Shown: positions 28,607 to 39,063 of the stretch, piece after piece
Layout: each line of letters begins with the position of its first letter
Numbering within the stretch: position 1 is the first letter of the stretch
Virus record (IMG/VR): IMGVR_UViG_3300012207_000003
Location: 163-64,162 of that record
Source of the DNA: a virus
Lineage: Duplodnaviria > Caudoviricetes
DNA: 64,000 nucleotides
Strand: one strand, 5' to 3'
Made by a program: the position numbers and the translations under genes
Notes under the pieces: model-generated
Databases searched by the model: none
What the model was told of the DNA's origin: nothing
Seen by the model: the letters and a program-made list of their open reading frames with translations, nothing else

Positions 28607-29178
28607 AATCACTGTTAGCTATAATTATCAAGAGTCAACGAGATGGCAAGTCTTTTAAAGATAGACAGATAGATGATGTTATTATTCGTCATGTTGCTGA
28701 ATACCTACAGCAAGCGCAGGTACTCGGCAAGCAGTATGCTGCCAAATACGTAGAATTACCTAGTCGAGAGGCTGTTATTGGTGCTGAACTAGGTAGTTCT
28801 CTCCTGGACAGAGCAAAGAATCTGATTCAACGCGCTCTTTCCTGGGCAAAGGACTTGTTTATCAGTAAAGTAGATGACCTGGGAGATGATGCCAGTTCAG
28901 ATGATATTGAAAGTGCATTAGAGGATGTGTCTATCACCGTAGCTGAAACTTTGGGACTGACTGAAGTTCAAAGTGTGGTTGAAGAGACAGTTATGAATGA
29001 ACTGCAAGCATCAGGCATAGCACAGGTGGAATGGGTCAATGAACCTGGCGCATGTCCTATTTGTTTAGATAATGCCGATGCTGGGCCTATCAACATTGGT
29101 GACACGTTTCCGAGTGGTGACAGTCAAGCGCCAGCGCATAATCGTTGTAGGTGTCATGTAGCACCTGTAGGGAGTTAA
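28540..29178 (+). CDS. MuF/gp7-like minor head domain, probably expressed by -1 frameshift from the portal gene
   Basis: Frame open from 28519 with no ATG/GTG/TTG until 28855; ACPIC..N...FPSG..APAHNRCRC. Confidence 0.7.
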   Translation, partial: FRESLRQWRQPIPEQLKCEQELESLLAIIIKSQRDGKSFKDRQIDDVIIRHVAEYLQQAQVLGKQYAAKYVELPSREAVIGAELGSSLLDRAKNLIQRALSWAKDLFISKVDDLGDDASSDDIESALEDVSITVAETLGLTEVQSVVEETVMNELQASGIAQVEWVNEPGACPICLDNADAGPINIGDTFPSGDSQAPAHNRCRCHVAPVGS

Positions 29179-29206
29179 CAGCGAACAAGGGAGTGAGTAA
29201 AGAGAA

Positions 29207-29563
29207 ATGAGTGAATTAGGGCATTTTGGAGATAGGATTGTATATGAGCTTCAGCGCAATGCAAATGCATTAGAGCAAAGCAATAAACGCAATCAGGAAT
29301 GGATAGAACTGAATAAGCAATGGCATGAAGAGGATGTAAAGAGGCAAGAGCAATGGCATAATGAAGCCGAAACGCTGAATGAATTACGATATCAGGAACG
29401 ACTTGAATTGGATAGGCAAGTCTTTTTGTATCAGTGTAAATGTCACGATGAAGCTGAACGATTAAACGAACAACGCTATCAAGAGCATCAAGAGCATGAA
29501 AGCGCATTGCTGAAAGCGTATGTTGCCAATCTTCTATCAAAAGCTACAGAATCTAAAGAATGA
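29207..29563 (+). CDS. helical repeat hypothetical protein
   Basis: EAETLNELRYQE / EAERLNEQRYQE repeats. Confidence 0.5.
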   Translation: MSELGHFGDRIVYELQRNANALEQSNKRNQEWIELNKQWHEEDVKRQEQWHNEAETLNELRYQERLELDRQVFLYQCKCHDEAERLNEQRYQEHQEHESALLKAYVANLLSKATESKE

Positions 29564-29690
29564 AACGCTTTTATATGCCTTGCGTTTATGGCTCTGGTTT
29601 GCATCACGCGGAAGTAACACAGAGCCGTTTTCGTGGTTATTGCATCAGTATGACATCAGAGAAGCGATATGCAAGGGGGAAGACATTTGA

Positions 29691-29936
29691 ATGAGTAAGA
29701 AAAAACAGAAGAAGTATTCAAAAGATACGCATTTCAAACACTATGCAGCGCAAATCTGGCAAGACATGGAGTCAGCTTTTCGTGTAGAGAATGTGAGATT
29801 TTATGATGCCAGGGCTAGAAATGTAGCGCATGATGTACTGGCAAAGAGCCTATACGATTTTGCGGATTATTGCACATCTAATATGAAATTTACGTTTGCT
29901 AAGGATATTCCGGATTTGAGTGAGGATAATAGATGA
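29691..29936 (+). CDS. hypothetical protein, paralog family A
   Basis: DTHF...LA..LYDF...DIPDLSE. Confidence 0.55.
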   Translation: MSKKKQKKYSKDTHFKHYAAQIWQDMESAFRVENVRFYDARARNVAHDVLAKSLYDFADYCTSNMKFTFAKDIPDLSEDNR

Positions 29937-30914
29937 GCATAGACAAGAAAGAACCTCAACCTATTATGTTTCCAGGAACACAAATCGGTATTTTAGATGT
30001 TAGTAACAGGCGTCTCACACGTGAGGATGTGCAACGCATCGTCTTTGAAAAAGTCTCTGAGATTTTGTATCAATTGTTGCGTTCTGAAGAGCAGATAAGC
30101 ATTTCCAGTATGTCCTTTGCAGACTTTGATGCATTCTTGCAGCGTGTGATGTGTACGACTACAGAAGAGGAAGTATGAGCTTTCAGGGATTGAATGAACT
30201 TTTCAAAACAACCACATCCGATCACACTGAACCGATAAACTGGGTTGAGCTTGATAAGATGATAGATCAAGTGAAATCTGAACAAACATCAGAACCATAT
30301 AGCTTTATTATGGCTCCTTGGATGCATAAGGAGATGTATATGCTTAATGGTTTGCAATATGTTTCTAAACATGCAACACATCCAATCCGTAAAGTACATC
30401 TAAGAAGTATTGCAGCAAGGCGTAAGGCTAGAAAGAGGCAATTAGAACGCCTGTATAATCATCGGTATGGAGTAGTAGCATATGCCAATTGATCTTATCG
30501 CTTTGTATTTGAAAATATATACGCAATGCTTGCAATCGCCAGATGGTATTTATGAATGTGATACTGCCCGTTTTTACCAGGACACAGGATTTACGACATT
30601 TAACGTGCTCTCTCCACTTCTGAAAAATGGTTCTATTGAAGTTAAAGCCGTTGGCAAAGAACATCCTGATAGCAATTATCAGATCACGGTAAAAGAGGAA
30701 TTGAGACATGCTACGATTGATTAATCAGTATTTCACCTGTCCAACATGGCATCGTCCTTTGATTGCGCCAGTTTCTAATGGCATTGAGATACGATGCAGA
30801 TCATGTAAGCAAGTACATTTTATTGCTCGTTCACATCTTGAAAAAGCCTGGAATGATCTTGAGATTGCAGAAAGAGCAACCAAACCGCTACTTGCAATCG
30901 TTGTAGGCATGTAA
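29933..30914 (+). CDS. four coupled small hypothetical genes (29933-30178, 30175-30492, 30482-30724, 30708-30914)
   Basis: Overlapping starts and stops; the last has a Com-like zinc ribbon (C..W...IEIRCRSC). Confidence 0.45.
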
Positions 30915-30917
30915 CAC

Positions 30918-30947
30918 TTGCATTTTCCTTGATGTATACGCTATACT
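30918..30947 (+). promoter_or_regulatory. promoter for the capsid genes
   Basis: TTGCAT-N18-TATACT followed by a leader hairpin. Confidence 0.5.
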
Positions 30948-31010
30948 AAGCGTGATAGATAATTATAGGCCACTCTATACGGCCATTACCGTGTAGGAGT
31001 GGCTTTATTC

Positions 31011-32687
31011 ATGTCCACAAAAACAAAAGACGTGACCAGGGAGTACATACCCGCATCAACCCGCAAGCAGATTCCCGACGAGGATTTTGCGGGGCCTTCG
31101 CGGAGTTTTCCGATCCGCAACCAGGAAGACGTTGATAACGCCGCTCGTCTCATTGGTCATGCTGACAACCCCGATGCAGTTAAAGTGGCTATTATTCGTA
31201 TAGCTAAGAAAAAAGGGCTTTCACTGCCTGATAGTTGGCATCCTACCGATAAGAAAGAAAGCCTTGATCTTACTGAAACCTCAACTGAATCCGCTCCATT
31301 TACCCCCAAGGCGCGTGTAGCCACATTCAAAACCAAGTTCTTATCAGATGGTGCTCAATCTCGCAATAAGCGTGTGTATCCACAAGAGGCAGTTGATAGG
31401 CTAGTTCAGAGTGGACAACTAGCCTTAGAAACTCCTGGTAGTGACCCTTTAACTTGCTATATCTCCCATGGTGAAGCGGATAATGACAATTCCTTGAAGC
31501 TGGCAGGCAAGATCACAAAGCTTTGGAAACATGGCGGTGACGCATGGGCAAACATCGAAATGCCAGATACTACTACAGGACGTGAAGCTGCTGCTCTTGC
31601 CAAACATGGCTATCTCAAAACCTCCCTACGTGCTACCGGAGCTGAATTGAGGCAATCAAAAAGTGGAGGAATGCCAGAAGTAAGCGGTGAGGGTTTGCGT
31701 TTGCTCGGTATTGATTTCACGACTATTCCAGGTATCGAAACCGTCACGGTTGAAGATGTGACACTTGAAAGCTTTAAAGATTCTAATGGTGAAGAAATCC
31801 ATCTCAACCCTTATAACATCAATGAAGTGTTTGAGCTTCCAACTGAATCCTTATTGCTTGAAGAAGTTGAAGAAGAGGAATATCCAACAGTAGATAGTTC
31901 AGCACATGTGGAAACATCACATGACCTTTTGATAGCTAATAAAAATGATCTTCATATGATTCATGACCACATCGCAATGGCTCAAGGCCGTTCATGCGCT
32001 CTGGCTAGTATGTCTCCTGAATTTGCGCGAGCTATTATAGCCGCGCTGAGAGCAACAGAATCAGGGCGTAAGTTCTCGCAAGCCACTATGAGCCAATTAG
32101 ACATGGCGCATGACAAAGCCGCCGAAGTGCTAGGGATCGAATGCTCTAACGATGATATGCAAGATGGCGACGACGCCCAGGCAAATCAAGAAAACGCTAC
32201 TACTCAGGAAACTGTTCCTGATGTGATTGAACATAAGCAACCTATTATTGAAATTCCACAGGAGGAAGACGACATGCCAATGACCTTAGAAGAGGCAAAG
32301 AAACTACTTGAGGAGGCAGGGCATACTGTACAGCCTCCTAAATCCGAAGCTGAGAAGCTTCAAGAAATCGTTGATGCTCGTATTGCAGCAATCCAGGAAG
32401 AGTTTGATACCAAGCTCGCTGATGCAATCAAGCAACAGGTTACTATACCTGTAACCAAAGGCCAGCGTCAGTCACTGGTTGAGGGTGCTACTACAGAGAA
32501 CACACCTGCAAGCAATCCTAAGATTTATCGCAAAGGTTCGTACTTGCAAGAGCAACTCAAAGGCCAGGACTGGGCGCAACTTGCAGACCGCACGCAACCT
32601 CTGCCCGATGGTATTAACCCTGCGTATCTGTTGCAAGAATTTGGGCATTTGTACCTCATGAAAACTGGCTACTACGACCAGGATTAA
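31011..32687 (+). CDS. prohead protease-scaffold fusion with N-terminal DUF6582-like domain
   Basis: SRNKRVYP..., SH, TSLRA.G, GIDF...PG; acidic helical C-terminus; directly before the capsid gene. Confidence 0.8.
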   Translation: MSTKTKDVTREYIPASTRKQIPDEDFAGPSRSFPIRNQEDVDNAARLIGHADNPDAVKVAIIRIAKKKGLSLPDSWHPTDKKESLDLTETSTESAPFTPKARVATFKTKFLSDGAQSRNKRVYPQEAVDRLVQSGQLALETPGSDPLTCYISHGEADNDNSLKLAGKITKLWKHGGDAWANIEMPDTTTGREAAALAKHGYLKTSLRATGAELRQSKSGGMPEVSGEGLRLLGIDFTTIPGIETVTVEDVTLESFKDSNGEEIHLNPYNINEVFELPTESLLLEEVEEEEYPTVDSSAHVETSHDLLIANKNDLHMIHDHIAMAQGRSCALASMSPEFARAIIAALRATESGRKFSQATMSQLDMAHDKAAEVLGIECSNDDMQDGDDAQANQENATTQETVPDVIEHKQPIIEIPQEEDDMPMTLEEAKKLLEEAGHTVQPPKSEAEKLQEIVDARIAAIQEEFDTKLADAIKQQVTIPVTKGQRQSLVEGATTENTPASNPKIYRKGSYLQEQLKGQDWAQLADRTQPLPDGINPAYLLQEFGHLYLMKTGYYDQD

Positions 32688-32741
32688 CGCACTTTAAAAT
32701 ATTCACATAAGGGATATGTGGAAAGGGAAGAAGAAAGAACT

Positions 32742-34196
32742 ATGGCAACTCTTGAAGACTTGAGGGAAGCGTACACAACCGGCACTGCCGGTACAGCAGC
32801 TCCTCTTATTAATAAGGTCATCGACAAACTATTGCTCATTGACCAACGCAAATACGCGCCAATGCGTCGCGCACTCCCACGTCAAACATGGGAAACGGAC
32901 ATTTTCTACTTCAACGCACAGACAGCACTGCCTGCTGCTCAGATGACCATTGAGAATCCACCTACGAGTGGGACGGGTTCAGTAGCGGCTACGACTGGCT
33001 CATACACTCAGGGCAACTTTCCAATCAAGCACATGCAGGTCAACCTTGATATTCCAGCGTTCTCTCAGCAAGTCGCTCAAGCAAGTGGCAACTTGCGAGA
33101 TCTGGAACTAACTGCCGCTGGTAAGTCGTATTCCTGGTTGGAAGAAATCATTCACTACTTCGGGAGTGCAACAGGTACATTGAACACGAAGCGTCCACAG
33201 TGGGACGGCTTTGATATCCAGGTTGCATCAGGCAACAAAATTGATGCTGGCACGAACCTGTTGTCACTCAGCATGATGGATTCGGCTATCGATGCCGTGA
33301 AAGGCGTTGCAGCGACTGACCTTGGAACTGACTGGTTCTATCTCATGAGCGGTAAAATGCAATCCAGGCTTAATGGCTTGTTTGTGCAACAGCAACGTTT
33401 CAACGCTGGCATGACCAAGATCTTCGCGCGTGACGACTTCGGCAATCCAAACAATGCAGTATCCGACAACTATACTGACGTTGGTATCGAGGTTGCAACC
33501 TACCGAGGTATTCCGATTGTGCTTTCAAGCTTTATGTCAAACGTTAGCACAACTGCTACTGGCTCTTTAACCAACACTTCCAATAACACAGGTTCAGCAG
33601 GTGGGCTTCTAGCAGCACATACCTACTACTACCGTATGGAAGCGGTTACCCGCTACGGTCTACTCCCCGCTAGCGCTGAGTACTCCAAGTCTCCAAATGC
33701 TGATGGCAACAGCATCATCTTTAGTTGGACAACTCCAACGCCTAAAGACGCATTTGGCAACACCATTGATATCCTCGGTTATCGTTTATTCCGTTCTGAT
33801 AATACTTCCAACGTTGAAAGCTTGTATGCACTTATCTCAGGTAAGGATGCCTCGGACGCGGCTATCACAAGCTTCACTGACACGGGACTTCCTATAACCC
33901 CAAGCGCAACTGATACAACCTCAACCTGGTGTACTGTTGCAGTTTCAGGTGCTAACGCAGTAGAGGATGGTGTGACATTCCCGCGTGTACAGGCAACTGG
34001 AACAACCGTTGAGGATATCTTCCTTGTCCCTCGTAGTCCTGAATTTGCAGTTGTGCCAGTGGTCAATGAAATGACCATGAAAGCCTTGGCACAGGTCAAC
34101 GCGCGTAGCAATCAGTACGCCATGATAGGCGATCAAACCTTTGCACTTCGTAGCGGCGCATTTGCTGCAAAAATTGGCCGTGTTCGCGCCAACTAG
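32742..34196 (+). CDS. major capsid protein (HK97 fold) with inserted FN3/Ig-like domain
   Basis: Position after the scaffold; QWDG, LSLSMMD..ID, ATYRGIPIV; insertion TYYYRMEAV...SW...GYRLFRS...SFTDTG. Confidence 0.82.
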   Translation: MATLEDLREAYTTGTAGTAAPLINKVIDKLLLIDQRKYAPMRRALPRQTWETDIFYFNAQTALPAAQMTIENPPTSGTGSVAATTGSYTQGNFPIKHMQVNLDIPAFSQQVAQASGNLRDLELTAAGKSYSWLEEIIHYFGSATGTLNTKRPQWDGFDIQVASGNKIDAGTNLLSLSMMDSAIDAVKGVAATDLGTDWFYLMSGKMQSRLNGLFVQQQRFNAGMTKIFARDDFGNPNNAVSDNYTDVGIEVATYRGIPIVLSSFMSNVSTTATGSLTNTSNNTGSAGGLLAAHTYYYRMEAVTRYGLLPASAEYSKSPNADGNSIIFSWTTPTPKDAFGNTIDILGYRLFRSDNTSNVESLYALISGKDASDAAITSFTDTGLPITPSATDTTSTWCTVAVSGANAVEDGVTFPRVQATGTTVEDIFLVPRSPEFAVVPVVNEMTMKALAQVNARSNQYAMIGDQTFALRSGAFAAKIGRVRAN

Positions 34197-34224
34197 CTAA
34201 CAAAAAGAAAGAGAGGATACGAAC

Positions 34225-35346
34225 ATGGCAGTAGGAAATGCAAACAATGCAGTGCCTTTGGATGGAAATTACAAGCCTGTGAATGGGTTGTTGACTTCCC
34301 CTGGCACTGGACTTGTGATGCCACAGGGCGGGAAAGACATACTGACTGACCCTATCACAGGCCAACAGTACGCTCCAACTATAGCGAACATCTCGCAGAC
34401 TATGCCGTCTATCGTACAAAAGGCAGTGGCTGTAAGCACTGGTTCAGTGGCAACACTAGCCAAGGCTTTTGCAAACCCTGTTACAGCAGGGAATTCGATC
34501 GTTGTTGTCGCAGCTTGTGGTAATGGTACGGCAATGACTGTTGCTGATTCACTTGGCAACACCTATACATCAGCAATCAATGCACCTAATAGCACAACCT
34601 TTGAAACGGCGATCTTCTTCGCGGTCAATATTCTAGCTGGCGCAAATACTGTTACCGTGACGAATGCAGGTACAGCCGCTTCAATAGCCGTAGAAATCTA
34701 TGAAGTGAACGGTTTGATTGCTCAGGTACAGTCACAGCCAGATCAAACATCCATTAGCACCGGCACTGGTACAACAGGCTCTACACCGAATATCGCTGCT
34801 TCTGTCTCTAACTCGTTAGTTTTTGCAGGCGTAGCGATAGGCACAGGCGTCGTGACCAATTTTGCAGCAGGCACAGGTTTGACCTATGACTCTAGCACTC
34901 AGCAACCTGCTACAGCAGCGGGCTTGTTCCAGTTTGCATCGTTGTCAGGCTATCTCGGAAGTACCAACGCACTTGCGCCAAGTGCGACCTGGACAACCTC
35001 TCGTGCCTGGTCAATGGCAGTAGCCATCTTCAAGCCTGTTTCATTGGGAGTGCAAGGAACTGTTCAGATTGGTGGGTATAACTATACCCGTGTAACTACC
35101 GCTGCAACGACCCTTGTTAAGACTGGGCCTGGGGTATTGCACGCTGTTATCGTAAACAAGCCAACAGCAACCGCTACCATTGAACTTGACGATGCGATTA
35201 CAAACACAACGCCAATTATTGGACTCCTGGCGGCGTTTGCTGCATCTATCGCACCGTTTAGCCTGATCTATGATGTAGCATTCACAACAGGCTTGAGTGT
35301 TACCGTTGGCACGGCTACGGTAGACGCCACTATCGTGTGGAAGTAA
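34225..35346 (+). CDS. virion decoration/fibre protein
   Basis: Thr/Ala-rich beta protein; C-terminal TTLVKTGPGVLH...F.TGL domain. Confidence 0.65.
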   Translation: MAVGNANNAVPLDGNYKPVNGLLTSPGTGLVMPQGGKDILTDPITGQQYAPTIANISQTMPSIVQKAVAVSTGSVATLAKAFANPVTAGNSIVVVAACGNGTAMTVADSLGNTYTSAINAPNSTTFETAIFFAVNILAGANTVTVTNAGTAASIAVEIYEVNGLIAQVQSQPDQTSISTGTGTTGSTPNIAASVSNSLVFAGVAIGTGVVTNFAAGTGLTYDSSTQQPATAAGLFQFASLSGYLGSTNALAPSATWTTSRAWSMAVAIFKPVSLGVQGTVQIGGYNYTRVTTAATTLVKTGPGVLHAVIVNKPTATATIELDDAITNTTPIIGLLAAFAASIAPFSLIYDVAFTTGLSVTVGTATVDATIVWK

Positions 35347-35359
35347 GCCCTTAGCAGAC

Positions 35360-35563
35360 GTGGAGAGGGTCAATATGGGGGATAGTTTGGTTGGTAGTGA
35401 TGTGATTATAGTCGTTATCCAGGAGGGGGTATTCCGAGCTCTTCCTCCTGGAGTAGCGGCTTTAGTTTGTGAAACTGAACCATATAACTATAGACTCGCT
35501 ACCCCCGCTGAGTGCAACCAATACGAACAAGAGCAACGAACTAAAAGCGATTTGAGGGAATGA
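35360..35563 (+). CDS. hypothetical head-associated protein
   Basis: In operon. Confidence 0.4.
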   Translation: MERVNMGDSLVGSDVIIVVIQEGVFRALPPGVAALVCETEPYNYRLATPAECNQYEQEQRTKSDLRE

Positions 35564-35569
35564 GACGAA

Positions 35570-36505
35570 ATGCCACGGCTATACCTGACAAGTGCAGAGC
35601 TTTCTGAAAGTCCATTAGGGTATTCTATGGCAGGGCCAATAGGTGCTTTAAGTGCATCCGCTCTCTCGAAACTGCTTTTTAGAGCCAGTGAACGTGTGGA
35701 TGGTTTCTGCAAGCGTCGTCTTCAAGCAATTGGTAGCACTACCATAAGCAGTAACTCCACGATTGCAGCAGGCTCAACTTCACTTCCTGTTCTTTCAACA
35801 CTCACATTTGACAACAAAGATGAACAAGCAGTAACTATTGGAAGTGGGGGAAGCCAGGAAACAATCTTGATTCAGTCAGGTGGAGTACAGATTTCTAGTT
35901 ACACAAGTCCTTATCCTGGCATACTCACACTTGATACTCCAACGCAATTTGACCATGCTGTAGGGGAGAGTGTAGTAGGTGTGTACAAAGAAGTGACTGA
36001 AGCTGGCGGGGTATCATCCGGTGATAGCTTTAGTTCATCCTTGGTTTCACAACAGGCACAAATAGCGCAGGCACATCAACCTAAGATCAATTTTAACAAT
36101 CTCACCAGAGTTGTATGGCTCAGGAATAGCCCGATTATTTCTATCTCAGGAATAGAACACGCCTATTCATTTACCAATGGCTATCAATCTCTTCCTAGTA
36201 ACGTCACAGCACAAAATAGTCATGATGGTTGGTATAGGTTCAATACAGGCTTGGTCATAACGCCTGAAGGTTTGCTGAGAACAACCTATCTGGGCGGCTA
36301 TCTGGTAGTGCCAGATGATGTCAAGCAGGCTTGTATGCACTACGCCGCCGATTTACTCCAGCAATTTATCAATCCTGGCGGGGCAATAGAGACACGGCAA
36401 GGCAAAGTTTCATTCAGATATTCCAGTGGCCAGCGTGCAAAATCTCCAAATGTGGAAGAGGCCGAGGGCATTTTAAAAGATGGGAAATATAGGAGGATAG
36501 TCTAG
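35570..36505 (+). CDS. head-tail adaptor (gp6/gp15-like) with beta insertion
   Basis: YLT..EL...RASERVDGFC.R...TY.GGY..VPDDVKQAC. Confidence 0.75.
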   Translation: MPRLYLTSAELSESPLGYSMAGPIGALSASALSKLLFRASERVDGFCKRRLQAIGSTTISSNSTIAAGSTSLPVLSTLTFDNKDEQAVTIGSGGSQETILIQSGGVQISSYTSPYPGILTLDTPTQFDHAVGESVVGVYKEVTEAGGVSSGDSFSSSLVSQQAQIAQAHQPKINFNNLTRVVWLRNSPIISISGIEHAYSFTNGYQSLPSNVTAQNSHDGWYRFNTGLVITPEGLLRTTYLGGYLVVPDDVKQACMHYAADLLQQFINPGGAIETRQGKVSFRYSSGQRAKSPNVEEAEGILKDGKYRRIV

Positions 36506-36507
36506 CT

Positions 36508-36972
36508 ATGTCATCGACTACAGATATTCCTCTGGATAGCAATTATAAACCTGTTCTCGCACTTTGGGATGATGCAACAGGCCAGATTACACCCCTGCAT
36601 GTTGCCTCTAAAATAACAGGTGCTGACGGAAAAACCTACGCAGTGCTTGATGTGAGCGGAAAACTCGGTACACCTGCCACTGACTATGGCTCTAATCCAG
36701 CACAAACCAACGCAAGCGGAGCAGATACGCTCTTCAAATGGGGCGGTGCTGGTACAACGACAACGTACCATCAGATCATCCAAAATAACACTGGAGCGGT
36801 GGCCTATTTTGCTTACGATCAATCATCGGTCACGGCAGGCAACAAGATATTCACGCTGCAAGATAAGCAGATGGCGGTTTTTGACAAGGCGTGTACGGTA
36901 TTGCATGTCTCAACACCTGCTCAACAAGACTTTGGCGGTCAGAGCGGTATCACAGTGGAGGCGTGGACATGA
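36508..36972 (+). CDS. virion structural protein
   Basis: N-terminal PLDSNYKPV module shared with two other genes. Confidence 0.6.
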   Translation: MSSTTDIPLDSNYKPVLALWDDATGQITPLHVASKITGADGKTYAVLDVSGKLGTPATDYGSNPAQTNASGADTLFKWGGAGTTTTYHQIIQNNTGAVAYFAYDQSSVTAGNKIFTLQDKQMAVFDKACTVLHVSTPAQQDFGGQSGITVEAWT

Positions 36973-39026
36973 GTACACTTGCAAGTGATGATTTTACCAG
37001 GGATGACAGTATCTTTTGGGGTACGTCTTCAAGTGGGTTTGTGTGGCAATTTGCCGCCGCAAACTTCATCGACAATTTCTATATCGAGAATGACACTGGG
37101 ATCTTCTATGGGCTAGGCGATGGAAATTCGCAAATCCTCAATGGCGGACTGCTGCTGCTTGGGAATGTCACGTCGGGGGATACCGAGGTCTACACGGAAT
37201 GCTATATGGCTCGTCCTGATGTCTCGTTCTTCGGATGCGCGGCTCGCTTTGGCGGTACGTCCGAGGATAGTTCTAGCCAAAACTTCTATTATGCAAGAGT
37301 TGGAACCCCCGTCAACCAATTTCATACCTTTGTGAATACCCCTCCGCTCGTGTGGTTTGAGAATGATAGTTATGGGCCAACTGCTGATATCGACTTCGTA
37401 CTTACCGCAGGTCATACGTATGCTATGCGATTTCGGGTGACAGGCGACACAAATCCGCTCTTGCAGGTCAAGGTATGGGACGTGCTAGACTCCGAGCCAG
37501 GAAGCTGGACGCTTGAATGGACAGATGATAATACCAGCCCTTACATCACGAACGCTCGTATCACCGGTGCTGGACGATTTGGCTTGATAGCTTGCCAGTA
37601 TGATGGTGCTCGTGCCGATCTTGCTTTTAGCACGTTTACTGCAACCGATCTCAATGCAGCAACGCCACTTGCCAACGATGACTTTACGCGCACGAATGCT
37701 TCGGACTGGGGAACTGCTGTTAGCGGAGGCGATTGGGCTGAGACGGCAACGAGCGCCACAGGTAATTGGACGATTACGAGCAATGCAGGACGCATCAACG
37801 GGGATAATGGTATCTTCCTGCTTGGCTCTGGCACGGCGGGGACGGTAGACCTTACTACGCAATCGGTCATCGTTGATCCTGATAACGATATCTTTGGGTT
37901 GATAGCCCGTTCTGCCTCAGATGCATCAACCTACTATGCCGCAAAACTCAATGCACCTGAGTCAAAACTGACGCTCGTTCGTGCGGATATATCTCCCTTT
38001 ATAGGTGAACTCGCAACACTTGATTTCGTGGCTACTGCCGATACTATCTACAAGCTACGTTTTCTCGTGACAGGGCGCATCAAGCCACGTTTACGCGCGA
38101 AGGTCTGGGCAAGCACCGATACAGAGCCTGCCGATTGGATGCTCTCTTATAGTGATAATGATGGCTTGCAACTCGAATCCGACGGGCAGTATGGTTTGTT
38201 TGGGGAGGAAGATGGTACGACAGGACACCTCAAATTCACGTCGTTTTCTGTTGCACGTCCAACGCCACTGGCACAGGAAGATTTTACGAGAGCTGACCAT
38301 GTGCCTTGGGGTTTCTCGGCAGAAGGTGATGAATGGGGGTTCAATTCGGTCGATGCCCCGATTATCGTCCCGAATTGGACGATCACCAGCAATGCGGGAC
38401 AGGTCAATGGGACTGGCGGGTACTATCTGCTGGGAGGGGTAGCGGGAGACGTAGAACTGTTTACCGAATCGCCCCTAGTCAACCTCTCCGTCGACCTCTT
38501 TGGGCTCCTGGCACGTACTGAAGCACAAAGAGGGCCAGATAGTTCTTTTCGGAATTTTACGCTGATTGACCAGGCGAAATGGACGTATAAAGATGCGAAT
38601 TATGGCTATCAAGCCATTGTTGACCCGTCAGTGCCGGAATTGCGCATCTACCGCCAAGGTGACACATCGGTCACGCTTGCCTCAACTGACTTTACGTACA
38701 TCGAGAATACTATCTATCGCTTGCGTTTCCGAGTGATAGGTGATGCTGAGCCATTTTTACAGGCGAAAGTATGGGCTGCGACTGATGTAGAGCCAGCCTG
38801 GATGGTTGAAGTCGTTGACAATGACGGGAATCAACTCTCCCCTGCTAACGACTATTATGGCTCTCGTTTCGGCATCATTGGACAAGAGAACGGCGATCCT
38901 GGTCATTTGCACTTCACCTCCTTCATTGCTTCAACAGTATCTGACGAGCCAGACGGCGATGAGGGCGGAGGCGGTTCAACGTCTTTAGCCAGCATAGGCA
39001 ATGGCAGATTTGCGAGGATTGCATGA
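36969..39026 (+). CDS. acidic protein with three tandem lectin-like beta-sandwich repeats
   Basis: Three units LA.(D/E)DFTR....WG...G..W ... RF.V.G...P.L..KVW. Confidence 0.7.
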   Translation: MSTLASDDFTRDDSIFWGTSSSGFVWQFAAANFIDNFYIENDTGIFYGLGDGNSQILNGGLLLLGNVTSGDTEVYTECYMARPDVSFFGCAARFGGTSEDSSSQNFYYARVGTPVNQFHTFVNTPPLVWFENDSYGPTADIDFVLTAGHTYAMRFRVTGDTNPLLQVKVWDVLDSEPGSWTLEWTDDNTSPYITNARITGAGRFGLIACQYDGARADLAFSTFTATDLNAATPLANDDFTRTNASDWGTAVSGGDWAETATSATGNWTITSNAGRINGDNGIFLLGSGTAGTVDLTTQSVIVDPDNDIFGLIARSASDASTYYAAKLNAPESKLTLVRADISPFIGELATLDFVATADTIYKLRFLVTGRIKPRLRAKVWASTDTEPADWMLSYSDNDGLQLESDGQYGLFGEEDGTTGHLKFTSFSVARPTPLAQEDFTRADHVPWGFSAEGDEWGFNSVDAPIIVPNWTITSNAGQVNGTGGYYLLGGVAGDVELFTESPLVNLSVDLFGLLARTEAQRGPDSSFRNFTLIDQAKWTYKDANYGYQAIVDPSVPELRIYRQGDTSVTLASTDFTYIENTIYRLRFRVIGDAEPFLQAKVWAATDVEPAWMVEVVDNDGNQLSPANDYYGSRFGIIGQENGDPGHLHFTSFIASTVSDEPDGDEGGGGSTSLASIGNGRFARIA

Positions 39027-39063
39027 GCATAAATTATGAAAATAAATAGGAGGGTCGTAGGGC

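Noticed and set aside
36969-39026. Triple repeat as a diversity-generating retroelement target
   Set aside because: The repeats are diverged protein domains; no reverse transcriptase and no adenine-specific TR/VR pair seen.
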